DNA from: Magnetospiraceae bacterium
GTDB lineage: Bacteria > Pseudomonadota > Alphaproteobacteria > Rhodospirillales > JBMYUJ01
Assembly: GCA_049605255.1 (NCBI GenBank)
Contig: JBMYUJ010000004.1
Coordinates: 1,954-65,953, forward strand
Direction: 5' to 3'
Length of the DNA: 64,000 nucleotides
The position numbers were made by a program, and so were the translations under genes. How positions within the stretch are numbered: position 1 is the stretch's first letter; every line of letters starts with the position of its first letter. Shown one piece after another: positions 54,730 to 64,000 of the stretch. The notes under the pieces were generated by a model. The model worked only from the letters and a program-made list of their open reading frames with translations, was not told the DNA's origin and made no database searches.

Positions 54730-55841
54730 GTGGCAGGGGTTTGCGCCAGCTTGCTTTTGCGCTGACGCAGGGAAAATGGCTTTTCGATTCCCAAAAACAG
54801 CGTGGCGCCCGCCACCAGCGTGGCGAGGAAGATCGGCGGCATGCCACCCCAGAATAGGATATTGGCGGGGATGAAGGTAAGCCGCGGCAGCAGGATATTG
54901 CTGGCGATCACTATCACGAAGCCATGGATCAGATAATAGGAATAAGACATGTTACCGAACCAGCGCAGGGGGGGCGCGCTCAGGGCGGTGCCCAAGGATT
55001 TTCCGGTCTCCTCCTGCCGTAGAAACGCTGCCCCGCAGAACAGATAAAACGCCACCGCCAGGATCAGGGCCTGGCCCCAGGCGGGCATGCTGACCAAATA
55101 GCACAGGAATAATGCGGCCAGTGCCGCAGGCACAGCCACAAGGCCGGGGGGCATGGACCATTTCATGAAATGCGCTTCCGCCAAAAGCATCCCCGCAACC
55201 AGGCAGAGGCCTCGGATCGGTACATGATCAACACCGGCGGCAGATAAGCCAATCATCAGCGCGCCAACGGCGAAAATTCCCGTCACCCGCCAGCGGCTCG
55301 GCAGGGCGCCCAGGCCGAATACGCTCACGAACAGGGCGCAAACCGTATAGAACCACCATTCGTAGCTGAGGCTCCAATTGACGGCAAACAGAGGGTCGAT
55401 GGGGAACAATCCGGGCAGGAACGCCAGATTGGCGGCGATATAGGCGGGACCGTCCACCAGATCCAGAGGGATTTTCGGCGTGCCGCGCCAGGGGTCCAGC
55501 AGGGCGCCGATCAGCAGCGCGACCAAAAAGGCCGGATACAGCCGTTCCAACCGCCGCACCATGAAATCAAAAAATTGCGGATGTTTGCGCGCCAAGATCG
55601 AATAGATCAGAAAGCCGCTGAGCACGAAAAACAGCTCGACCCCATAATTGCCAATAGACCGAAAAAATGTGGCGATCTCCCGCGTCGGCCCGGAAATGTC
55701 CGTCATCTCCAAAAACTGGGTGCAGTAATGCTGCAAAAACACCAGGCCGACGGCGATCCCGCGCACGCCCTCCATGGGCATCAGGCGACCCCGGCCCCCC
55801 ACTTCGAACAAGCTTTCCAAACGATATTGCAAGCGGCGCAT
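54726..55841 (-). CDS. Acyltransferase family 3 (OafA/NolL-like O-acyltransferase) membrane protein
   Basis: 371 aa with about 10 hydrophobic segments. The N-terminal pattern (MEGVRGIAVGLVFLQHY...GVELFFVLSGFLI) is typical of acyltransferase_3. Confidence 0.8.
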   Translation of the reverse strand: MRRLQYRLESLFEVGGRGRLMPMEGVRGIAVGLVFLQHYCTQFLEMTDISGPTREIATFFRSIGNYGVELFFVLSGFLIYSILARKHPQFFDFMVRRLERLYPAFLVALLIGALLDPWRGTPKIPLDLVDGPAYIAANLAFLPGLFPIDPLFAVNWSLSYEWWFYTVCALFVSVFGLGALPSRWRVTGIFAVGALMIGLSAAGVDHVPIRGLCLVAGMLLAEAHFMKWSMPPGLVAVPAALAALFLCYLVSMPAWGQALILAVAFYLFCGAAFLRQEETGKSLGTALSAPPLRWFGNMSYSYYLIHGFVIVIASNILLPRLTFIPANILFWGGMPPIFLATLVAGATLFLGIEKPFSLRQRKSKLAQTPAT

Positions 55842-55909
55842 GCGGACTCCAAGCGTCCTAAAACAGGAGAAAGCGCTCTATGCCACATTCATGGGGTGTT
55901 GGGAAGGTT

Positions 55910-55985
<76 letters not shown>

Positions 55986-56129
55986 GTACCTTGCAACGCG
56001 ACGTGTGCAGGGTCCTTTGGGGTCAGACCCTGCCTCGCAGCGGGATGGGAACATAGGGGGCATGCTCCCCCTATGGCAAGCGAAAAAACATCCCGAACGA
56101 CCGGTCAGGTAGACGGAAAATCAAATCCC

Positions 56130-56486
56130 CTAATTATTCTCGTCGTCGCCGCCACGCGGGGTGATGATTTCGCTCACATCATCATCATCGCCCAGATCAT
56201 CGGTGTCTTCGATCACGTCGTCATCATCATCGTCGTCGGTTTCCTCGAAATCCTCAATATCATCCACGTCGATATCGTCGTCTTTCGCCTCGGCGACGGC
56301 GGGCGTTGCCTCCTTCACGGGTTTCTTCGTGCTCTTGGCCGGTTTGGCCTTGCGCGCATTGGCAACCCGTTCCGAGGCCACGGCAGTCTCGCATTTCGGA
56401 CAGGTTGCAGGATCATGGCCCAAATCGTAAAAACGTGCGCCGCAATGTGGACAAGTCCGCTTTCTCCCCCATTCCGGTTTGGCCAC
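56130..56486 (-). CDS. TIGR02300-type (FYDLN_acid) zinc-ribbon protein with a poly-acidic C-terminus
   Basis: 118 aa: MAKPEWGRKRTCPHCGARFYDLGHDPATCPKCETAV, the CxxC...FYDL...CxxC signature, then a KAKPAK linker and a D/E-rich tail. Confidence 0.8.
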   Translation of the reverse strand: MAKPEWGRKRTCPHCGARFYDLGHDPATCPKCETAVASERVANARKAKPAKSTKKPVKEATPAVAEAKDDDIDVDDIEDFEETDDDDDDDVIEDTDDLGDDDDVSEIITPRGGDDENN

Positions 56487-56693
56487 CGGTCACCTCCGCA
56501 TTTTGGTTACAAATCCGCGACAAACTTCTTCTTCGCAATTGCCATGGCGGGCGGCGCTTGTCAAACCCCTTTTCCTGACAAAATTCGTCAAAAAGGCCCG
56601 GTCCTGTCCCTATCGTCTTCGAACGTTCCGTGATAGAAATCGCTCCCCCTCCTTTACGGGGGCTTACCCCTCCACCTGATAAGGGTTTAACGA

Positions 56694-58019
56694 TTGCCGA
56701 ACGCCGTTTCCCATCCTGCCGCTGCGCTTTCCGGCACGATTCGCCCCCCCGGCGATAAATCCATATCGCACAGGGCCTTGATGCTGGGCGGCCTGGCCAT
56801 CGGCGAAACGGCGATCACCGGCCTCCTCGAAGGGGAAGACGTGCATGGGACGGCGCAGGCGATGGCGGCCCTGGGTGCGATGGTCTCCCGGGATCCAGAC
56901 GGGATCTGGCGGGTTGTGGGCTGCGGCGTCGGCGGCTTGCAGGCCCCCGATACGGTGCTCGATATGGGGAATTCGGGCACCGGCGCTCGCCTGCTCTTGG
57001 GCATTCTGGCAGGCCACGGGTTCACCACTTTCCTGACGGGGGATGCCTCCTTACGGTCCCGACCGATGGAGCGGGTCATGGGCCCCCTCCGCCAAATGGG
57101 CGCACAGTTCGTGTCCCGCGATGGGGGGCGGCTGCCCCTGGCCGTGACCGGCACCGCCGCGCCCCTGCCCATGGTGTATCGGGCGCCCATCGCCTCGGCT
57201 CAGGTGAAGTCCGCCGTTTTGTTGGCCGGACTGCATGCCCCGGGGGAGACCACGGTGGTGGAGCCCGCACCCAGCCGGGATCATTCGGAACGGATGCTGG
57301 CCGATTTCGGTGCCGAGATTACCACACAGGATATGGAGGGCGGTGCCCGTGCCGTTACCATCACCGGCCAGCCGGAGCTGGTCGCGCGGCCCATAACGGT
57401 CCCTGCGGATCCCAGTTCGGCGGCTTTTCCCGTGGTGGCGGGGTTGATTACGCCGGGCGCCACGGTGATTGCGGAGCGTGTCGGCATGAATCCGTTGCGC
57501 GCGGGGCTTTATAAAATCTTGCAGGAAATGGGCGCAGACCTCACCATTGAGGATGTCAGCAGTGGCGGCGAACCCATGGCCACCATCACGGCGCGGCATT
57601 CCAAATTGCGGGGTGTGACGGTGCCTGCGGCCATTGCCCCGTCCATGATCGACGAATATCCGATCCTGGCGGTGGCTGCTGCCTGCGCCGAGGGGGAAAC
57701 CCGGATGGAAGGGGTCGGCGAATTGCGGGTCAAGGAAACCGACCGTATCGACGCCATGGTCAGCGGTTTGACCGCCTGCGGCGTGGACACCCAGGCGGGC
57801 GATGATTGGATGACCGTGCGCGGCGTCGGCGGAACACCGACTGGGGGTGGGTCGGTGACGTCGCGACTGGACCACCGCATTGCCATGTCCTTCCTGGTGC
57901 TGGGCATGGCGGCGGGGCAACCGGTCACCGTGGATGATGTCAGCCCGGTCGATACCAGCTTCCCCGGGTTCGTTTCCCTGATGAACGGCCTGGGGGGCCG
58001 AATCGAGGTACAAGGATGA
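56694..58019 (+). CDS. aroA: 3-phosphoshikimate 1-carboxyvinyltransferase (EPSP synthase)
   Basis: 441 aa with LSGTIRPPGDKSISHRALMLGGLA, LDMGNSGTGARLL and RVKETDRI, the EPSPS signatures. The start is TTG 56694. Confidence 0.9.
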   Translation: MPNAVSHPAAALSGTIRPPGDKSISHRALMLGGLAIGETAITGLLEGEDVHGTAQAMAALGAMVSRDPDGIWRVVGCGVGGLQAPDTVLDMGNSGTGARLLLGILAGHGFTTFLTGDASLRSRPMERVMGPLRQMGAQFVSRDGGRLPLAVTGTAAPLPMVYRAPIASAQVKSAVLLAGLHAPGETTVVEPAPSRDHSERMLADFGAEITTQDMEGGARAVTITGQPELVARPITVPADPSSAAFPVVAGLITPGATVIAERVGMNPLRAGLYKILQEMGADLTIEDVSSGGEPMATITARHSKLRGVTVPAAIAPSMIDEYPILAVAAACAEGETRMEGVGELRVKETDRIDAMVSGLTACGVDTQAGDDWMTVRGVGGTPTGGGSVTSRLDHRIAMSFLVLGMAAGQPVTVDDVSPVDTSFPGFVSLMNGLGGRIEVQG

Positions 58020-58672
58020 CCGAGAAAACCCTGACCATTGCCATCGACGGCCCCGCCGCGGCGGGGAAAGGTACGCTGGCACGCCGGTTGGCGGAGGCCT
58101 TCGGCCTGAGTTACCTGGATACGGGACTGCTCTACCGTGCAACGGGCATGAAATGCGTGCGCGCCGGGGATGACCCGGAAGATGAAACCGCCGCCGCCAC
58201 CGCTGCACGGACCTTGCAGCCCGCCGACCTTGCCGCAACCGATTTACGGACGGAACAGGCCGGAGACGCGGCGTCTAAGGTCTCGGCAATTCCCGCTGTG
58301 CGAGCGGCGCTATTGGACTTTCAACGGGACTTTGCGGAGGCGCCGCCGGAGGGGAGGCGAGGCGCCGTCTTGGATGGGCGGGACATCGGTACCGTGGTCT
58401 GCCCCAACGCCGATGCGAAGGTTTTTGTGACCGCCAGTGCCGAAGTTCGCGCAAAACGTCGATTTCTAGAGTTGAAGGACCGGGGCTTAGACGTTATATA
58501 TGCGCGCGTTTTGCAGGACATGGCCGAACGGGATGCGCGAGATGGATCGCGTGCCGTCGCGCCCATGACGGCGGCATCCGACGCGTTGGTCTTGGATACT
58601 AGCGATTTGGATATCGATCAGGCTTTTGACACAGTCCGCGCCTTTGTGACGGAACGGACGGGGATCGCTTGA
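58016..58672 (+). CDS. cmk: Cytidylate kinase
   Basis: 218 aa with the P-loop IAIDGPAAAGKGT and YLDTGLLYRA. ATGA overlap with aroA. Confidence 0.9.
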   Translation: MTEKTLTIAIDGPAAAGKGTLARRLAEAFGLSYLDTGLLYRATGMKCVRAGDDPEDETAAATAARTLQPADLAATDLRTEQAGDAASKVSAIPAVRAALLDFQRDFAEAPPEGRRGAVLDGRDIGTVVCPNADAKVFVTASAEVRAKRRFLELKDRGLDVIYARVLQDMAERDARDGSRAVAPMTAASDALVLDTSDLDIDQAFDTVRAFVTERTGIA

Positions 58673-58839
58673 CAATATTCCTGTAAAACTGTTGTGGGTA
58701 TCCGCGATGCCACGTTTTTCCGGCCTGCCGGGTCGGCGGAACGGGGCCTCTTTTGGTATGCGCCACCAAGTGGAAGACCGCCGGAACCAACCGGTTGGCC
58801 CTTTAAAATGTTGATTGAACCGAAAGGAATGCACGATCC

Positions 58840-60570
<1,731 letters not shown>

Positions 60571-60591
60571 TCCTCTTCGGTTGACCAATAC

Positions 60592-60629
60592 CGGGCGGTT
60601 CCCCCTAAGGGAGCCGCCCGTTTCGCTTT
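60592..60629 (+). terminator. Intrinsic terminator downstream of rpsA
   Basis: The 12-bp stem CGGGCGGTTCCC (60592..60603) / GGGAGCCGCCCG (60609..60620) has one G-U pair and the loop CCTAA. It is followed by TTTCGCTTT. Confidence 0.6.
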
Positions 60630-60653
60630 AAAATCTTGCCAAGGCCCCGATTC

Positions 60654-61574
60654 ATGAGCCTGGATGCCGATACCTACCTTTACATGCGCCGGTTGAAACG
60701 GCATCTGACGGTATGGCGGGTGATTGGCGTCGTCGCGATTGTGGTGGCCTTGGTCATTCTCGCTCTCTCTGGCAGTGAAGAAGCGTCCCAGGGCAACCGA
60801 ATCGCCCGGTTGACCGTCAATGGCCTGATTGTCGACGATCCCTACCGGGATACCGCCCTGCGCGAGGCCGCGATGGATGACGCAGTGCGGGCCTTGATCG
60901 TCCGGATCAGCAGCCCGGGCGGGACCGTGGTGGGCGGCGAGGCGCTCTATGACCAGTTGCTGGCTTTTCGGGAGAAAAAGCCGGTCGTGGTGGTAATGGG
61001 CGAAGTGGCCGCTTCCGCGGGTTATATGATCGCGCTGCCCGGCCACCGTATTTTCGCCCGCCAATCCACCATTACAGGTTCGATCGGCGTGTTGATGCAG
61101 ACCACCGAGTTTACCGGATTGATGGACATGCTGGGAATCAAGCCCGAAGCCATCAAGAGCGCGCCGCTGAAGGCGGTGCCGAGCCCCGTTGAACCCTTGA
61201 CCGACGACGCGCGGGAGGCGGCGCGCGCCGTGGTTTTGGACATGTACGACATGTTCGTTGAGATGGTTATCGCACAGCGCGGATTCGACCGGGAAACCGC
61301 CTTGGCGCTGGCCGATGGGCGGGTTTATACGGGCCGCCAGGCGCTTACCGCCGGTTTGATCGACGAATTGGGTGATGAGCAAGCGGCGATCCGTTGGTTG
61401 GAAGCGGAAAAAGAAATTCCCGCAGACCTGCCGATTTTTGACCTTGAGATTGATTATCCAAAGGAAACATGGGAAAAATTATTGGAAAGTTCCCTGGGTA
61501 TGGATCTCGTGCCGGATCGGCTACAGCTTGACGGTTTGATCTCCCTTTGGCACCCTGACCTGGGTACCCGGTAA
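60654..61574 (+). CDS. sppA: Signal peptide peptidase SppA (36K type)
   Basis: From ATG 60654: N-terminal TM helix ([16 protein letters not shown]), then a ClpP/crotonase-fold pattern ([20 protein letters not shown]...[12 protein letters not shown]...GSIGV). Confidence 0.85.
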   Translation: MSLDADTYLYMRRLKRHLTVWRVIGVVAIVVALVILALSGSEEASQGNRIARLTVNGLIVDDPYRDTALREAAMDDAVRALIVRISSPGGTVVGGEALYDQLLAFREKKPVVVVMGEVAASAGYMIALPGHRIFARQSTITGSIGVLMQTTEFTGLMDMLGIKPEAIKSAPLKAVPSPVEPLTDDAREAARAVVLDMYDMFVEMVIAQRGFDRETALALADGRVYTGRQALTAGLIDELGDEQAAIRWLEAEKEIPADLPIFDLEIDYPKETWEKLLESSLGMDLVPDRLQLDGLISLWHPDLGTR

Positions 61575-61578
61575 GTCC

Positions 61579-61600
61579 GCTCCCTTTCGGGGGCTGTTTT
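61579..61600 (+). terminator. Intrinsic terminator downstream of sppA
   Basis: GCTCCC-TTTC-GGGGGC, a 6-bp stem with one G-U pair, followed by TGTTTT. Confidence 0.55.
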
Positions 61601-61660
61601 GGCGGGATAAAACAGATACGGGTAAAAGGCCCGACCTCGTGCTCAGGGGGAGCCGCAGCA

Positions 61661-61939
61661 ATGACCAAATCGGAACTGATCGCTCAACTCGCCGAAGCCA
61701 GTCCGCATCTGTTTCAGCGGGATGTGGAACGAATCGTTACCACGATTTTTGATGAGATTGCCGCTGCGCTGGCCCGGGGAGACCGGGTGGAACTGCGCGG
61801 CTTTGGAGCCTTCTCCGTCAAAGAGCGGGAAGCCCGCACCGGCCGTAATCCGCGTACCGGCGATACGGTGGATGTGGATGCCAAATATGTGCCCTTCTTT
61901 AAAACCGGCAAACAATTGCGCGATCGATTGAACGGATAG
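61661..61939 (+). CDS. ihfB: Integration host factor beta subunit
   Basis: 92 aa: [12 protein letters not shown]...[50 protein letters not shown], the HU/IHF signature. It lies in the conserved position after rpsA. Confidence 0.9.
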   Translation: MTKSELIAQLAEASPHLFQRDVERIVTTIFDEIAAALARGDRVELRGFGAFSVKEREARTGRNPRTGDTVDVDAKYVPFFKTGKQLRDRLNG

Positions 61940-61941
61940 TC

Positions 61942-62334
61942 ATGCCAGTCAAGAAAACCCCGGTAAGCAAGGTCATCATCAAGACGATCCAAGGCGTCTT
62001 CATTTTGCTGGTGCTGTTGTTCGCGGTCGCCTTCACCATCGCCAATGGAGAATCCGTGGCGGTGGACTTCTGGCCGCTACCGATTATCGAGGAAGTGCCC
62101 TTCTACTTGCCGGTGCTGACCGCCTTGTTGATCGGCCTGCTCGTGGGCAGTTTCCTGGCGGGGATCGGCATGGTGAAATGGGCGAATCGGGCACAGCGGC
62201 AGAAGAAAGTCATCGATGCCGGGGTGCGGCGGGAAAAAGCCCTGCAAGAGCAGGTGGCGGCCTTGGAGGCAAAACTGCGAGCCCAGCAGTCGCGCGGGGA
62301 AATGCTGGCCCTGCCCCCGGCCGACGCCGCCTGA
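61942..62334 (+). CDS. lapA: LapA-family (DUF1049) inner-membrane protein
   Basis: 130 aa with two TM helices, then a coiled basic C-terminus. It lies immediately after ihfB, as in many proteobacteria. Confidence 0.7.
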   Translation: MPVKKTPVSKVIIKTIQGVFILLVLLFAVAFTIANGESVAVDFWPLPIIEEVPFYLPVLTALLIGLLVGSFLAGIGMVKWANRAQRQKKVIDAGVRREKALQEQVAALEAKLRAQQSRGEMLALPPADAA

Positions 62335-62345
62335 GGCGCGTCTAA

Positions 62346-63281
62346 GTGCGTATCGTTACGGCCGGCCAGATCAGGCAGGTCCTCGATTACCCGTCGCTGG
62401 TAGATCGCATCCAGGATTATTTCCGCAGCGGCTGTACCGTACCGACCCGGCACCATCATTGCTTTTCAGGGCCCGAAGGGCACGACGCGACCTTGCTACT
62501 CATGCCGGCTTGGCGCGAAGGCGGTTATATCGGCGTGAAGGTCGCAAGCGTTTTCCCCGACAACGGGGCAAAGGACCTGCCCGCCGTGATGGCCACCTAT
62601 TTACTCTTGAGTGGCAAAACCGGCGAGCCGCTGGCCCTGATGGATGGGCAGGAGCTCACCGCCCGGCGCACCGCCGCCGCCTCTGCCCTGGCCGCCCGTT
62701 TTTTAGCCCGGCAAGATAGCGCGCGGCTGTTGATGATTGGCACCGGACGTTTGGCACCACAGCTGATCTTGGCCCATGCCGCTGTCCGGCCCATCGATCA
62801 GGTGTTGGTTTGGGGCCGGACCCCGAAGAAAGCAGATGCCATCGCTAAAAATATGCGTTTGCCCGGGGTGAGCATCGCCGCCACCACGGATTTGGAAGGG
62901 GCGGTGCGCGGTGCGGATATCATCTCCTGCGCCACGCTCGCCACCACGCCGATCCTGGATGGTCGGTGGTTGCGGCCCGGCCAGCATGTGGATCTGGTAG
63001 GTGGTTTCCGCCCGGATATGCGCGAAGCGGATGACGAGGTCATGCGCCGATCAGCCCTCTTTGTGGATACCCGCGCGGGCGCGCTTGCAGAGGCGGGCGA
63101 TCTCGTGGACCCTATTGCCCGGGGGCTCTTGTCTGAAACCGACATCCGGGGGGACTTGTTTGATCTTTGCCGGGGCGACGCGGCCGGGCGCAGCGTGTAT
63201 AATCAGATCACCTTGTTCAAATCCGTCGGCACCGCGTTGGAAGACCTCGCCGGTGCCAAGCTTGCGTTCGAAAGGACTTGA
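62346..63281 (+). CDS. Ornithine cyclodeaminase / mu-crystallin family protein
   Basis: 311 aa with an OCD-like pattern: TARRTAAASALAARFLAR, a Rossmann segment (LLMIGTGRLAPQLILAH), and ITLFKSVGTALEDL near the C-terminus. The start is GTG. Confidence 0.8.
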   Translation: MRIVTAGQIRQVLDYPSLVDRIQDYFRSGCTVPTRHHHCFSGPEGHDATLLLMPAWREGGYIGVKVASVFPDNGAKDLPAVMATYLLLSGKTGEPLALMDGQELTARRTAAASALAARFLARQDSARLLMIGTGRLAPQLILAHAAVRPIDQVLVWGRTPKKADAIAKNMRLPGVSIAATTDLEGAVRGADIISCATLATTPILDGRWLRPGQHVDLVGGFRPDMREADDEVMRRSALFVDTRAGALAEAGDLVDPIARGLLSETDIRGDLFDLCRGDAAGRSVYNQITLFKSVGTALEDLAGAKLAFERT

Positions 63282-63367
63282 TCTCGATGCCTTGTCTTGC
63301 CGCCTTGGGGCGCGGCGATGCCGCTGGTGATGGCTTGGCGTTATCGCACCGGCGAGGCCGGTAACCG

Positions 63368-64000
63368 ATGGCGCCGTTAAAACCCAATTCCCGTCTCAGC
63401 GTTTTTGAACTGGTTTCCAGCACCGTGGCGGAAGCCGGGATGCGCTGGAAGGTTTTGCTGCAGGCGGCGCTGACCCCGATGGCGGCGGGCACCTTGCTGG
63501 TCTGGCTCTGCAACACACTGGGCCTGCCCAAGTTGGGAACAGTTATTTCCATCCTGCTGGTGCTGGCCTTTTACCGGGTGGTGCATCGTCTGGTGCTGGC
63601 GGAAATTCCGCCTCCCTTGCCGCTGGGGATCTCCCTGGGGGCGCATGAGCTGCATTTTTACATGCATTTTCTGGCGGCGGCGTTCTTGCCTATGGTGGTG
63701 GTTGTGCCGGTCTATATTGGCCTCGCCCTCCTCATCGGGTCCACGCCGGACGCGGTTTGGTTGCCCATGACCCTGGCGGGTTTGCTGGCCCTTTATCTCG
63801 GCACCCGGCTGACTTTGGTACTGCCCATGGTGGCGATGGGGCATGGCAGCAAGCTGACGGAACGCCTGTTCATGGCTTGGCGCTTGTCACGCGGCAATGG
63901 GATGACCCTGGTACTCGCCACCTTGTTGATGGCGTTGTTAGCGATATTCATGGTCCTGTTGCCCACGGCCCTGGTGAAGGGAATCGCCGTGGTGCTGGGT
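63368..64000 (+). CDS. Hypothetical polytopic membrane protein. This is the N-terminal part; the gene runs off the window end.
   Basis: Not in the ORF track because it has no stop in the window. My translation from ATG 63368 reads MAPLKPNSRLSVFELVSSTVAEAGMRWKVLLQAALTPMAAGTLLVWLC...LVLPMVAMGHGSKL...LVLATLLMALLAIFMVLLP. It is open for 211 codons to the window edge, with several hydrophobic segments. The antisense ORF 63377..63844 is implausible by composition. Confidence 0.45.
   Translation, partial: MAPLKPNSRLSVFELVSSTVAEAGMRWKVLLQAALTPMAAGTLLVWLCNTLGLPKLGTVISILLVLAFYRVVHRLVLAEIPPPLPLGISLGAHELHFYMHFLAAAFLPMVVVVPVYIGLALLIGSTPDAVWLPMTLAGLLALYLGTRLTLVLPMVAMGHGSKLTERLFMAWRLSRGNGMTLVLATLLMALLAIFMVLLPTALVKGIAVVLG

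Overview
High-GC, gene-dense chromosomal segment (roughly 60-65% GC by eye, not computed) whose gene content and order look alphaproteobacterial, possibly Rhodospirillales-like. That placement comes from recognising protein families by eye, with no database search. I call about 65 protein genes, 2 tRNAs (Leu-CAG, Ala-GGC), 2 reasonably clear intrinsic terminators and 2 palindromic repeat elements. I saw no CRISPR array, transposase, integrase, phage genes or rRNA.

Most of the window is conserved housekeeping:
- cobA-ubiD and ubiA
- rsmE-gshA
- kdsD-lptC-lptA-lptB-rpoN-hpf-ptsN
- argD-argF-hslO
- recX and trkH
- fdsB-fdsA (NAD-linked formate dehydrogenase)
- aroA-cmk-rpsA-sppA-ihfB-lapA

Many longest ORFs in the supplied track over-extend at the 5' end. 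The real starts often sit in 4-nt stop/start overlaps (GTGA, ATGA, TTGA). The track also contains many long antisense ORFs, which are GC artefacts.

There is no obvious defence island or mobile island. The candidates most worth a second look are:
1. An RsbW-like kinase plus STAS (RsbV/MlaB-like) pair, translationally coupled to an MlaE-MlaF-MlaD-PqiC-type lipid-transport operon, with no sigma factor or phosphatase nearby.
2. A secreted 610-aa caspase-family (C14) protein with a long uncharacterised C-terminal region, 4 nt upstream of a PiuC/YbiX-type Fe(II)/2OG hydroxylase and divergent from an unknown secreted protein.
3. An overlapping DUF2868 membrane protein plus GTPase/DUF3482 pair.
4. 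A roughly 245-bp AT-rich multi-hairpin element with terminal inverted repeats, next to an acyltransferase gene bracketed by GCGCTCTA repeats and a tRNA-Ala.
5. A ROSE-like 5'-UTR hairpin (UCGCU opposite the Shine-Dalgarno (SD) sequence with a bulged G) upstream of hsp20.

All functional calls rest on motif and family recognition from the translated ORFs. None has been verified by search.
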